Source of the DNA: Azolla caroliniana
Lineage: Eukaryota > Plantae > Polypodiophyta
Assembly: GCA_043228905.1 (NCBI GenBank)
Contig: JBHGNT010000006.1
Coordinates: forward strand, 12,524,001 to 12,588,000
DNA: 64,000 nt
Direction of reading: 5' to 3'
Both the position numbers and the translations under genes were made by a program. Shown in pieces: positions 1 to 12,830 of the stretch (positions are counted from its first letter, which is position 1; each line of letters opens with the position of its first letter). Below the pieces are notes generated by a model. The model was not told where the DNA came from. It made no database searches and saw only the letters and a program-made list of their open reading frames with translations.

Positions 1-672
1 CGTAGAATCGTCCGTCCTATTTACGCCTTTATCCGCAGCCACCGGCTCCTCGTGGTCGGTGGTCGCCTTCTTACCGATCGCGCAAGCCCCGCCTAGGCTT
101 GCTTCTCCAATGTCCGGAGTTCCGGGCTGACGTGCCCAAAACCACCAATCCCAACATTCCGATTCCGCGATCGGTATCTCAGCCTCTTCCTTGGCCGTTC
201 TATCTCCGCAAGTCGAGAGGGCGTTTTGTTCCTCACCCTCTCCCGTGGTACTGTGGTACCGATCTTCTGCCATCTTGTGGGGCAAGTCCGTCTCCTCAGT
301 GTCGGCTTGCGGTTTCGATCTTCCCTCTTCCTCGAGCATTGCCTCGAGAGCTGCGTACGCCTCCGCAATCCTGGCCCCGACGCCGACCCTTGCCGACTCT
401 CTTTGCCGTTCGGCCTCTTCCCGCTGTGATGGCACGTTGACATGGGCCTTCCTCTTAGCCTTCTCGGCTCGCTCGTTGTCTAGCCGTTGGCATACCCTTC
501 CGACCTTCGACCAATTCTCTGTAAGGCCATTCGCTCCATCCTCGTCTTCGAGCTCAAGCCCAATGGCCTCCCGTTTCGCTCGGTCGATCGACCTGACGAA
601 CAACAGGACTTTGTCCGCCCCCACCAACCCTTGTTCCCACTCCGGGAGCCAAGCAAGCTGCCGCTCGAACTC

Positions 673-975
673 TCAGAACGCCTTCATTGCGCCCCGGTGG
701 GTCTTCACCGATGCAACCCACTGGTCGAAGTCGCGTCGACCCCGGCTCTTACGCCATCCTCCATATGTCTGCAAGAGCGCCTCTTCGAAGGCCTCCCATG
801 AACTATGAGCTTCTCGGAGCTCCTTCACTTCCGTGTGCATGCGGACAATGACGACCCGACAGAAGAACTCCAGCCTCAACGCCTCGTCTACGTCTCGCTC
901 CTCCATCTCCGCGTTGTAGGCTTCCAAGTAGAATGGGACTTTGTCCCCGTTGAACCGGCCGACTCTTTCGACCAC
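673..975 (-). pseudogene. retrotransposon gag-like fragment
   Basis: RFNGDKVPFYLEAY...SWEAFEEALL resembles a retrotransposon gag and lies just downstream of the PBS. Confidence 0.6.
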
Positions 976-1095
976 GCATTCGACAGCTTGCTACGCCGTC
1001 TCTCTTCTTGTTGTTGCTCGTCCAAACTCCCTCACCGCTTCGACAAAAAGTTGCGCGAATTTGTCTTCTTCCAACTCCATCCTCCCTTGCCGTCC

Positions 1096-1113
1096 TTCAC
1101 GTCGGGTTCACCA
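1096..1113 (-). promoter_or_regulatory. primer binding site, tRNA-Trp
   Basis: Plus strand TTCACGTCGGGTTCACCA equals the plant tRNA-Trp 3' end plus CCA as I recall it; 4 nt from the LTR end. Confidence 0.8.
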
Positions 1114-1117
1114 AATA

Positions 1118-1961
1118 TGTCGCGGTATTCCGCGGGTACGTGTAGAAGGGGGGCGAGACCACGGGGATCTTGGACGAGGAAGTGATGAGGGGTGTCGGAA
1201 GCTGACTTCTCTCCGGTCCCGGCTGCACTGGTTGTGGTGTGAACCAGAGCGATTCTGGACGCGTACCAGTGGCTACCAAACGCGAGAGAGGAAGAGAGAG
1301 AGAGAGAACACGCGCGCAACACCGACACAACCCACACCTCTTATGTACAGGAAACACAGGAAAGGGGAAAGCACCCGACACCAACAAAGACACAAATATG
1401 CACAACCCTATATATATGTATGATTACATGAGTGAGTTACAACTCCGGCTCCGAGCCGGACTGAGGTAAGCTAGGTCGCTACAGCAGTCTGCCGCCATCA
1501 GGGAGCTCTTGGGCTCGTCGCGCCGAGCGGGGTCTTGCATAGGAGGCCAAGCAAAAGCAAACCTACAACAGGGAGAGATACAACCCCGGCCGCGAGCCGG
1601 GTATGCTTAGAAGAAGAGGAGTTAACCTAACAGCTTTCCTGCCATAGCTGCCGCCCGAGTTCTCGAGAAGGAGAAGAAAGAGAAGAGGGAAAGAGTGTAA
1701 CTAACCCTAGAAAAGAAGCACAAAAATGGTATACCCTTACTACTCAAAATGGGCAACCCTCTCACAAGAGGCACTCCCTTCCTTTTATAGAACGAGGGAG
1801 ATACGCTACAATGTGGGATAAATCCCGACTTACATGGGATTCTCTGTCCCGACTTGACTCCTACTATTCACACGTTTATACAAGGGTAAGTGCTCATGGT
1901 GCACACCGCCGATTCTCCCGATATTCTTCGATTCCACCTAGGGACGGTTTTCTCCATGACA
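1118..1961 (-). repeat. 5' LTR of the Trp-primed element
   Basis: Minus strand TGTCATGG...CGCGACA; GA tracts, TATA-like motifs, adjacent PBS. Confidence 0.7.
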
Positions 1962-2655
1962 GCGCACACCGAATATTGTGGTATGTGAGCGGCACGAAGG
2001 ACCGGGGACTGTTATACCGGCGAGGTATAACCAAAGAGCTGGTCGGTTACACAGATGTTGATTGGGCCGGCGATGCATCAGATTGTCGATCAACCTCCGG
2101 TTACATGTTTTCCCTAGGTAGCGCGGCTGTTGCGTGGAGCAGCAAAAAGCAGCCACAGTTGCTCTGTCGAGCACTGAGACTGAGTATGGGGGCGCTACCA
2201 TTGCCACCTGTGAAGCCATTTGGCTTCGGCGACTACTACAAGACCTACGGATCGAGGTACCAACCCCGATTCTGATCTACTGCGACAACATAAGCAGCAT
2301 GCAGCTCGCCAAGAACCCCGTATTCCATGCTTGCACAAAGCACATAGAAGTGCACTATCACTTCGTGCGTGAGCGTGTCCTAAGCGGTGAGGTCGAACTT
2401 CGGTATGTTCCCACGGATCGGCAAGTTTCCGACATCTTCACCAAACCACTCAGATCGGAAGAGTTGCAGCACTTCACCGAAATGCTTGGTGTTCGGCATC
2501 TCGATGTGCCACACTTGAGGGGGAGAACGGGCAAAGACATCGGAACGGGCAAAGGCAAAGAGACTGCCGATTGCGCCGGTGAGGGAAGAACCGACGAAGG
2601 GAGAGTCAAGAAGAAGAAAGGAGCCGAGTCGACAAAGGAAGTCGACACATCATAA
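1962..2655 (+). pseudogene. copia RT C-terminus/RNase H (frameshifted)
   Basis: RILWYVSGT, GYTDVDWAGD..RSTSGY, WSSKKQ, ALSSTETEY, IYCDNISS, KHIEVHYHFVRE, DIFTKPL. Confidence 0.92.
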
Positions 2656-3515
2656 CAAGTCGGAACAAGCGGCAGCGGCGGCAGAGTCAAGAAGGACAAA
2701 GCCGACCGGAAGAAGAAAGCCAAGACCCGGACATGGTCCGATGTGGTGAAGCGCCTCGAACCAGAAGACGAATCGGGAACAACCGATTCGGACAAGAGCT
2801 GGAACGAATCGGAGACAATCGATTCGGAAGAACCGGATCAATTCAAGGCCAAGAGGATGAGAAGGCAACGAAAGTCGAAGCCAACACGAAGGAATCGGCG
2901 AACCGGCACGCACCAAAGTCACAACAGCAAGGGAGCTGAATTAGGCCTGTTGAGCAAACAAGCCGACCGAGGAGGTTGAGGTGCGCAAAACAAGAGGGGT
3001 CGCGGCAAACAGAACCGGACCGGACGAGGAGCGCGAGCAAGGCGGAGTGACGCCAGAAGGAGCCGGGCAGAAGGACCGGTAGCCACAAACGTTGACACTA
3101 CGACCGGACCTCAAGTTGAGCTTGAGGGGGAGTGTTGAGCGGCAAGCTCAATTGGAGCCAGATTGGCTGGATAAGCCCGAGCCGGTGAGCGAGACGGATC
3201 GGTGAACCGGTGAGCTAGTGAGCAAAAGAGCCAGTTAGCCGGATCCATCAGTAACCGGAAGCCTAGTAGTAGCTAGACTACTAGGGAGTTATTACTCTCG
3301 TAGTTAGTGTCAGGCGCTCAAGTGAGCATTGAAGTACACCGTACTTCTATCAGTTTGTATGGACTTGTATAAAAGTGTTCGCTGAACACATACTATGTAC
3401 AGAGTGTTGACATAATTTTGGAATTGTGATTCTTGTTTTGCTCTCTCTCTCTCGCGCGCGTACTGTTAAGTTCTCCATTGAACCTATTCTCTATTCTCTG
3501 TTCCCTATTGCTTCC

Positions 3516-3962
3516 TGTTAAGATATCAAGCTCAACTAGTTTAATCTAGTTAGTCAACACATGTAACTTAGTAGTTACCTAGATCGAATCTAGTTAATGT
3601 GTTGACCTTAAGCCTTTAAATAGGACCTTGTACTTAAGTAGGATATTCTAGATCCTCCACTCCTTAGTACATTTAATGTAGGACTTACACATAAGTACCT
3701 ATGTTCTACCCACACATGTGCACCTTTGCACATGGGTTGTATATATACCTCATTCTGGGTATTTTTGTATGTAGATGACACTTTTCAATATAGTCAATCA
3801 TCCCCCATTTATCTTCGTGTTCATGTGTAACTTCCTCTCTCTCTCTCTCTCTCTCTTCCTCTCACACACTCTCACGCGCATATCATAGTAATCTTCCGCT
3901 GCTTAACGTAACCATATAATTAGTCTCTAATTAACCCTAGTTAATTACCTAATTACTTAACA
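3516..3962 (+). repeat. 5' LTR of copia B
   Basis: TG...CA; matches 16992-17432 apart from 3 substitutions and a 6-bp (CT)n length difference. Confidence 0.95.
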
Positions 3963-3974
3963 TGGTATCAAAGC
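3963..3974 (+). promoter_or_regulatory. PBS, initiator tRNA-Met type
   Basis: TGGTATCAAAGC directly after the LTR, 1 mismatch to TGGTATCAGAGC. Confidence 0.88.
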
Positions 3975-4138
3975 GCGTGGTTTAGGAAATCCACTAAGCC
4001 CACCGCTTATTCGTGATTGTGTGTTTGAGACGCCGACGACAAATCCCGGCTATTCACTATCCGCCGCCGTAGTGCCGCTACGAAAGACGTGTACACGACC
4101 AAGAGAAGAAAAACAAAACGGAAGACACAACAATCAAC

Positions 4139-6277
4139 ATGAACAAACAAATGAGAAGCTCACTCCCTAGCGAAAAGCTAGACCGAAGCAACTATTCATC
4201 TTGGGAGTACAAGATGAATCAATACCTTGTCGGCCAACGGTATTGGAGCTACATCAACGGCGCACAAGAAAACAAACCCGAAATCACACATGCTAACAAC
4301 CCAACGTGGGAGCAAGGCGCGAGTCGGGTAATGTATTGCTTGGCAACATGTGTAAACGACCACATGCTTAGCCACATTCATGACGCCAACACACCCACAG
4401 AGGCGTGGGAAAATCTCAAGAAGATTTTTGCCGCAGACACATCCGCGCGCAAGCTTCCACTCCGGCAATAGTTGAACAACATACGACCAAAAGAAATGTC
4501 CGTGATGGACTACACCGCCAAGATCAAGAGCATTTGTGACTCTCCTTGCTCCATCAACGTCAACATCGACGAGGACGAGATGGTGCAAGTATGCTTGGGC
4601 GGCCTCGCACAACGATTCAACCCGCTGAGAACGGCAATCTTGGCTAGAGATACCCCTCCCTCGTTCTTCAACCAACAATCAATGCTATTGGTCGAAGAAA
4701 ACCACGTTCAACCAAAGATCAACACATCGGAAGGAAAAATGCTCTTCTCCGATACGGATGGTGCCCATAGACGAGGTTGATGGGGAAGAGGTCAATTCGA
4801 CCTATCCCACGAAGGGAATTCACAATTTCGGCAAGGAAACGGAAGCCATCGAGGAACCTTCACAAGAAGGGGGAGCTTCCATGCTGAACAAGGTCAGCGA
4901 ACGACGCCACCTACATGCAACTATTGTGGAAAAATCGGCCATCGCGAAGAGGAGTGCCAAAAAAGATGAAGCGAGTCGGCTTCAACAAGCCGACAACTCA
5001 CAAATTACGCCGCGAACGCGGAATACGCAGACTACGGTGGACTCTTTGTGATGAGGCATAGAGCGAACTCTATGATAGCCTCTGATCCCACAAACTCCGC
5101 AAGCACCTCCAACTCCGAACATGCGTGGTTCGTAGACTCCGGCACCTCGCACCACATGACGTCGCACCAAGAGTGGTTTCGCGACTTGCGAACGCCGAAT
5201 CGACCCGGCTACATAGAGACAGGAGACGACACTCCGCATCCCATTCGGCACATCGGCGATGTCCCATTTGGGAAAGAAGGCGAGAAAACTTGCATCAAGA
5301 ATGTCTTGCACGTGCCCACAATAATAAAGAATTTGGTCTCGGTCGGCCAAATCGTGGAGCAAGGCATGCAAGTCCGCTTCAACAATGAAGGTTGCTTCAT
5401 CGAGAGAGACGGCCGACTCATAGCCAAGGGACGGAGAGACGGTCGCTTGTTCATCCTCGACTCGAACGAGGTAAAATCGGCCATGTATGCCAAAGATCTC
5501 AAGACCTAGATAAACATCGAGTTGTGGCACAAGCGAATCAGTCACGTAAACCTCCAACAGCTTCGTGGAATGCAATCAAAGGGAGTCGTAATCGGACTTC
5601 CGGCCTTCGAATCGAAACGAGTCGACCGAGTGTGCGAAGCATGCCAACTCGGCAAACAAGATCGACTCCCATTCCTGAAGGAGAGCTCCACCAGCAAAGG
5701 CCTCCTCGACGTCATACACTCGGACGTATGGGGACCGGCTCAAACACCGACGCTCGACGGATGCCACTACTACGTCACCTTCATCGACGACCACACGCGC
5801 TACACGTGGATATAACCGATGAAGAAGAAGAGCGAAGTGCTCTCCCACTTTCAAAGGCTCAAAAGCCAAGTGGAGAAAGAAACCGGTCGGCACATTCGAT
5901 GCCCACGATCGGACGGAGGAAAGGAGTACTTCTCCGACGAGTTTACCTCCTACCTCCAAGGTGAAGGCATCATAGAGAATTCTCATGTTGACACACTCCC
6001 CAACAAAACGGAGTAGCCGAGAGAAAGAATCGGCAAATACTCGAGGTAGCACGCGCCCTGATGTGTGAGAAGCACATGCCGAACTTCTATTGGGCGGAAG
6101 CCTCATCCACGACCGTCTATCTCATGAATCGATGCACCACAAATAGCGTGCACGAGCTTACTCCATACGAGATCTTCGTTGGAAGAAAGCCCATCCTCTC
6201 GCACCTCAAGGTGTTCGGAAGCATTGCGAATGTACGCATCCCGAACGAAAGTCGAGAGAACCCCGAGCGGTGCGGAT
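4139..6277 (+). pseudogene. copia B gag-protease-integrase with several stops and a frameshift
   Basis: gag KLDRSNYSSW, zinc knuckle near 4915-4960, protease WFVDSGTSHHMT, WHKRISH...CEAC, HSDVWGP, FIDDHTRYTW, RSDGGKEY. Confidence 0.93.
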
Positions 6278-6282
6278 AAGGC

Positions 6283-6718
6283 TGTTACCAACCGGCAAAG
6301 GAGTCCAGAGTGGGAAACGGAGAGTTAATTAAGTAATAGGAATGTGGTTGTAATTAACCTATGAGTGTGGACGGATGGACCGGAAACTGTATGCCGTTCC
6401 GGATCCGGACTGATCCCGAACAAGTGCGGATGGCACCGTTTTGTAATACAGACCAGAAACCTATTTAAAGGCCCGGATACAATGTAATAGTTGGCGGTTA
6501 ATTAATGAAAGCTTAAGCGTTGTTATCTCTCTGTGTTAATTGCCGTTCTGTCTTAATTGTTATATCTTACGCGTGTGTTATGAAAGACGATCATAATAAG
6601 TAACTTAACCAAGTAGGATTAAGCGTTGAAGTCTAATCCGGTTGCCGTAACACCCTTTGGTGAAGTGTCTCCCGTAGACACCCTGTGTTAGGCCATTGTC
6701 CGGCCCGAAGAGTTAACA
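6283..6718 (+). repeat. 5' LTR of gypsy C
   Basis: TGTTACC...GTTAACA; TATA-like CTATTTAAA near 6460; direct repeat of 15656 onward. Confidence 0.93.
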
Positions 6719-6725
6719 CAGTTTT

Positions 6726-6735
6726 TGGCGACCAC
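6726..6735 (+). promoter_or_regulatory. PBS-like site, probably tRNA-Arg(TCG)
   Basis: TGGCGACCAC 7 nt after the LTR; only about 10 nt of complementarity. Confidence 0.6.
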
Positions 6736-7041
6736 GATTCCTGTTTTTGCAGCGAACGACGTCACGGATGGATGTCTAGATCAACGCACGACCTGGTTAC
6801 AGATCGAACTGGACGCCTTGCCGAAAGGCAAAGGAGACGCGAGGCTTTCCAGCAAGCGGCGTAGGAAATTAGAGCGGATCGCTCGTTTCCAACGTAATCC
6901 GGAGAGTAGCGGAGGACTCCCTTTGGTTACAGCAAACATCGCACCCGGACGACGGCAGCAGCCTAAGTAGCCTCTGGGAAACCGAATCCCTTCTCCACGC
7001 GTTGGCAAACGGAGAAGGCGAAGCAGAAGCCTTTTCAGCAT

Positions 7042-9303
7042 ATGAATCGGACTTTGAAGGGGAATACAGCGTGCACACGAACTACCGGAGCAACAACGAA
7101 ACCTCGGGCGGACCGGAGGACGAAGGACGAAGTGCTAACGCTGGAACCCCCGGAACCAGCAGAGGAAGAGCGACCTCCGACACCGGAAGTCGAAGAGGAG
7201 AGGCCTCCGTCACCAAAGGAAGAGGAAAAACAACCGACGCCGGAAAAAATTCCGGAACAAGCACCAACACTACCAGCTCGCGCACCGATACCGGACGATG
7301 ACATGCCGTTCCAGTACTCCAAGTATAGAGATGATCCGGACGCGGAAGCTCATGTGCACGCCTTGAACAGACATGGGAAGCCAACCATGTGTCCCAGCGA
7401 TTGATCCCAGAGGAAGAAGAATGCTCTAAGATAGCGGAATTTGGCGTCACATTGGAGGGACCGGCAGCAAGATGGCACCGGACGCAGGACCCGTCTAGCA
7501 TCAACACTTTTGCAGATTTAAAAGCTAAATTCTTGCATTTTTTTCAAAAGGAGGTGGACCAGACCGTAATGGTAGGCTTATTTTATACCATCCGGCAAGA
7601 GGCAGGGGAGAGCATCCCCCAATTTTTCATCCGGTTTCAACGGATGCATAGTCAGCTTGCCCGCACACCCCCGGAGGAGGAATTACGGACTATATTCCTA
7701 AACGCGCTCCGGGAACCCCTACGCACGGTTTGCGCGGTAATCGACTTCCGCACAAGTACCATCGACCAGGTCATTGACCGGGTGAGAGAGATGGAAAAGA
7801 CAAGCTCCTGGCTCACACTGGGAGCACTTCAACGGGCGTTATCGTTTCGGCAAGCAATACAATGCACAACCTGCTTGAATTCCGGACACTCGGCTCTAGA
7901 ATGCACTATGAGGACGCAATGTGTAATCTGTCAATCCAAGAGCCATACGACGGATAGGTGCGAGTATAATCTGTGGAACCGGCAAGCACCGCCCGTCCGA
8001 CAAATTGAACCACGCAGCAGCCGGGATGAAGAAGACGAACGCTGGCGGCGAATGGACCGTGACCGACCGGCACAGGATGTCCGGTATGGCGATCGACGGG
8101 AAAATGAAGTCTGGTACGGTGATCGGTGGGATAACTATTACCGGCATGATCGGTACTAGGATTACAATAGACGATACGAACATTACGACCGGGAGCACTC
8201 CCCCGGGTATCGTCAGCAACGGGAGGAATACGGCAGATATAACGGGCAACCCCGTCAAGAGTACCGTAATAAGAAGAGCTATAACAAAAAACGGCATTTT
8301 AAAAAAGGCGGCTCCCCCCGGGATCCGGAAGAAGGAGCTCCAAGCAGCCAACCGATACAAAACCCCGCGCGTACCGCAGGACCTGCCCCGGGTACAACAG
8401 ACAATGCCGAATCTAGCAATACCCGAAGGCCTACTGCTACTACTACCGACAGGAAGACCATTATAGTAACCAATGCCCGGTGAAGAGCTATGAAAAACGA
8501 CCGGCGGTAAATATGGTAGTCCCTGAGGTGGCAGATCTGCAGCAAGTGACCACAAGGTCGAAGGGAATGGCCAAAGAATGGGAGACACAGGAGACCATTT
8601 GGAAACAAGCAACGGAATGGGTAAAGAAAGCAAACGAGCAGAATGTCATAGACTTACAGCGGCAAAAGGAGAACACCGCAGGGCTTGCCGGCGGTAATCA
8701 CTCCGAGAACGAGACATGGCAGGTGTTGCAAGAATGCCAGATTACGTTACCACTAGGAAGACTCCTACAACTCGTGCCAAGATTCACGGAAGGACTGAAG
8801 AAGGCCATGACGGCAGGAGAACCATCACCGGCACCGGTATTCTTCTCGAATCCGGAGGAGGGACCAACGGTGGTGGACACCAGCAGTCCGGTAATCACTG
8901 CCATTGTAAAAGGGAAAGAACTCCCCGGCACAGTTATAGACAAAGGCTCTGGGGTAAATGTAATAAGCCTCCGGACGTGTGATGACCTAGGAATCCACGA
9001 GTGGGAGCCGTGTCCGTTCTGGTTGCGGATGGCCGATACAAGCTCAGTGCGGCCGACAGGATTAATACGGAAATTAGAAGTCACCGTCGGCGGGCATACA
9101 TTTCACATCTCGGCCGTAGTGTTAAATTACAGGCACAAGGCACATACCCGCTATTGCTGGGGCGGCCATGGTTGAAAACGGCACATATCAAACAGAATTG
9201 GCGAAAAAATATAATTACCTTCCGGCGAGGAAAAGCCAAGGTATGGGTACCAACACAGCCAAGGACGAGCACTGGCAAGGAATGTACACCGTTATATGCG
9301 TAA
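7042..9303 (+). pseudogene. gypsy C gag and aspartic protease (disrupted)
   Basis: gag FGVTLEGPAARW..FADLKAKFL..IRQEAGESI, two CCHC-like knuckles, protease VIDKGSGVN...LLLGRPWL. Confidence 0.88.
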
Positions 9304-9312
9304 TGCGTCAAC

Positions 9313-12300
9313 ATGCTAGAAGGGTTAGCGGACGAAGAAGAAGCTCAGTACCTGCAGGAAAACCCGAAGATCATACCCCTCTTCGAAATTGACATTGTCG
9401 AAGCAGTAGCACCATACTTACCGCAACCGGAAGAGGCTGAAGCAGAACCGGATAAAGACGCAATCCGGGAGTTACGGCAAGCACAGGAAGCGTTGGAACG
9501 GGAAATGGCCGTTTCAGAGCGCGTAAAAGCATCGCAACTGGAAGAGGTGAATTTAGGGACCACGGACAAAGCAAAACCAGTGCACATCGCCAAGGAGATG
9601 AAGTCCGAAGACAAAACGGCGATGATCACACTTCTGACGGAATTTCGCGATGTATTCGCCTGGTCATACGAAGACATGCGAGGACTCGACCCTCAGTTAT
9701 ACCAGCATCAAGTGCACTTGAGCAAGGACACAAAACCAGTGGCACAAAGACGGTACCGGATGAATCCCAATTATGCCGCCAAGGTCAAGGAGGAAATCGA
9801 CAAACTGCTAAGAGTTGGCTTTATCCATCCGGTAAAGAAAGCGACATGGTTGAGCCCGATCGTAGTCGTACCAAAGAAGAACGGAAAAATTCGAGTTTGC
9901 GTAGACTACCGGAAACTCAATGCGGCTACGGTAACGGATGCGTTTCCACTTCCGTTCACAGATGGAGTGTTGGATGTCGTCGCCGGCCATGAGGTCTATA
10001 GCTTCCTAGACGGATTCAGCGGGTATAATCAGATCCGGATGCACCCCAACGACCAAGAGAAAACGGCATTCGTCACCGAATGGGGGGTGTTTGTGGCCGT
10101 CGTGATGATGTTCGGACTCAAAACGGCACCGACAACATTTCAACGAATCATCATGGAAATCTTTGGTGAATATATACCGGCTTTCATGCAGGTTTTCCTT
10201 GACGATTTTGCTGTCTATAGCCGGGAGGAGGACCATTTTCAGCACCTCCGTCTTTGTCTAGAAAAGTGTAGAGCGTACCGGCTAAGCTTGAATCCGGCAA
10301 AGTGTGTATTTGGCGTGTCCAATGGAACTCTATTAGGACATATTGTGAGCCAGGAAGGTATCACAGTCGATCCGGACAAAGTGAAAGCCATATTAGAAGC
10401 ACCGGCGCCGGTAACGGCAAAGGAATTAAGCCGGTTCTTAGGCCAGATCCGGTGGCACAGCCGGATGCTCCGATACTTGGCCGACCTGGCTACACCGTTG
10501 CATGCCGCCGTACATAAGACACCATTCCAGTGGACCGACACGGAGGATAGGGCGTATAAGGCCCTCAAGGTACTATTGTCGCAGGCACCGGTAGTGCAGC
10601 CTCCGTATAGGAGTAAAGAATTTCACGTGTTCGTAGACGCCTCCGACATCGCAATCGGAAGCGTACCGATGCAGCTTACGGAACCAAAGTGGTACCGGCC
10701 AGTGTACTATGCCAGCCGGAAGCTATCCCAAGCAGAACGGAACTACTCTACTACGGAACGGGAAGCTCTAGGGATGATCTACAGTGTGACAAAGTTTCGG
10801 CATTACTTATTGGGAAGGAAGTTTTCCTTCCATGTAGATCATTCGGCACTCCTTTACTTGGTGTCTAAAGCGTCACTCACCAGCAAATTGGCCCAGTGGA
10901 CCTTACTATTACAGGAGTTCGAGTTTGAAATATTCCACCGACCCGGTATACAGCATGCTGTGGCGGATTACTTAAGCCGATTAGAGTCCGGAGAGACGGG
11001 AGACAGAGTAGCGGATGAGTTTCCAGATGTAGAGCTGTTTCGAGTCACTACGGAGACGGCAGCAGATGAGACGGTGGCACAGGAAGACAAATGGCTCACA
11101 AATATGCACCAGTTTCTGAGGACAAGACTGCCTCCGGAAGAGATGAACCGGGACGAACGGAAACGCCTGGCGGTGCAAAGCTGACATTTCTGCTTACTGC
11201 AAGACACACTTTACCACAAGGGCGCAGATGGCATATGGAGACGGGCGGTGCGCAGCGATGAAAAGGACCTGATACTGAGGGAAGCCCACTGCGGAGTTGC
11301 CGGAGGTCACTATGCCAGAGATGCGACGGCCAGAAAAATATGGCAAAGTGGCCTATGGTGGCCAACGACATTAAGAGATGCGGTACGGTACGCAAAAGAC
11401 TGTGATCTATGCCAGAGAATGGACCAGCCAACGGAGCAGGCCCGTATGCCACACCAGCCGGTACTACCACTCGAGCCATTCCAAAAGTGGGGGCTGGACT
11501 TTGTAGGACCGTTCAAGCCACCGGCAATGAGAACGGGTAATCGTTACGTTATCGTTGCTACGGATTATTGCACGAAATGGGTGGAGGCCAAAGCTTTACG
11601 GGATAACACCGTTGCGTCAACGGCGAAGTTTCTATATGAGTACATTTGGTGCCGTTACGGATGCCCAATTGAATTAATAAGTGACCAAGGGGGGCACTTT
11701 CTCGGCCAAGTAGTGGAAAGCCTGACCACATTCTATGCCGTTATCCACAAACGGAGCACACCTTACTATCCACAGGCGAACGGTTTAGCGGAATCAACAA
11801 ACAAGACGCTCCAGAATATCCTCCGGAAGATCGTCAACGAAAACCGGACGGATTGGGACACAAAGCTACATAGCGCGCTTTGGGCATACCGGACGGCATA
11901 CAAAACGAGCATCCGAACAACACCGTTCCGGTTAGTGTTCGGACTAGAGGCGGTCATGCCGGTAGAATTCCAAGTACCTAGCTTACGGATCCAGCTACGG
12001 GAACGGCTGAACGAGAAGGAGTCAGAGGCAATAAGGTTGACAGCGCTGTGTGAGCTCGAGGAACAACGACTGTCCAGCATCCTACATTTAGAATTGGAGC
12101 AACCGGCACAGGAAAGGTAACGAAAAAATGTTCGCAATCGGCAAACCGGTGTTAGTATTCCAAACCCGGATGGGCAAGATGCCAGGTAAACTACGGTTTA
12201 GATGGACCAGACCATATTGGCTAACACGGGAGTATAATGGGTCCTACCAGTTAGGGACACTTGCCGGCGAAGTGCTAGGCAAATGGGTCAACGGATTCCG

Positions 12301-12457
12301 GTTAAAGGCATATAGAGGACCGATGCCTAAGAACCCATTTGAGCGAAGGACCGGCACCAGTGAGGGAAACGGCAACCACCAAGACGGCAAAGAAGGCGAG
12401 TCGGTAACTGGGGAGAATGAGGCCGGTAAGGGTCCGAGAGGACCAACGGACAAGTGA
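9313..12457 (+). pseudogene. gypsy C RT-RNase H-integrase (internal stop at 11182, break near 12120)
   Basis: VCVDYRKLN, FLDGFSGYNQI, FLDDF, FVDASD, NYSTTERE, HHCC zinc finger, WGLDFVGP, ISDQG, PQANGLAE. Confidence 0.95.
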
Positions 12458-12830
12458 CGTCACACTAATAATAATAATAATTGGAAAAAAAAAAAAAACA
12501 ATCATGCAAAAGCGAGGAATGAATGGATGAAAGAGCGAGGAGCGAAAAGGTACGTAGTGGGCATTTAAAGCGCCACCACAGGACATAATGCTATTTTAAG
12601 TACGCGACATGCACACACTCGAAAAAGGCGCCAGAATGCATAGACAAAAACCACTGCGCGTAGAGACCCTCTACTTTCGCGAACCCAGGAGCACAGAAGC
12701 ACCAAGACGCTGCAAGATCATCAGACGAGAACCTGCGCACAGAGAACCCACACCTTCTGAACTCTCTCTTTCTCAACCTCACTCTCATCACCATCCAACC
12801 TCGCCACCGCCATCCAACCTCGACACAGAC

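Larger units (their letters stand above)
1..1961 (-). mobile_element. 5' part of a Ty3/gypsy-like LTR element (5' LTR, tRNA-Trp PBS, gag fragment) inserted into copia A RT; runs off the window
   Basis: LTR 1118-1961 bounded by TGTC...GACA, PBS at 1096-1113, gag-like ORF 673-975; copia RT sequence resumes at 1962. Confidence 0.75.

Noticed and set aside
1193-1632. Possible second LTR nested inside LTR 1118-1961 (two GA tracts, two TATA-like motifs)
   Set aside because: I found no TG...CA pair with a matching TSD.
6288-8950. GG to AA changes suggesting APOBEC-like editing
   Set aside because: They fall in CGG context and fit deamination of methylated CCG on the opposite strand.
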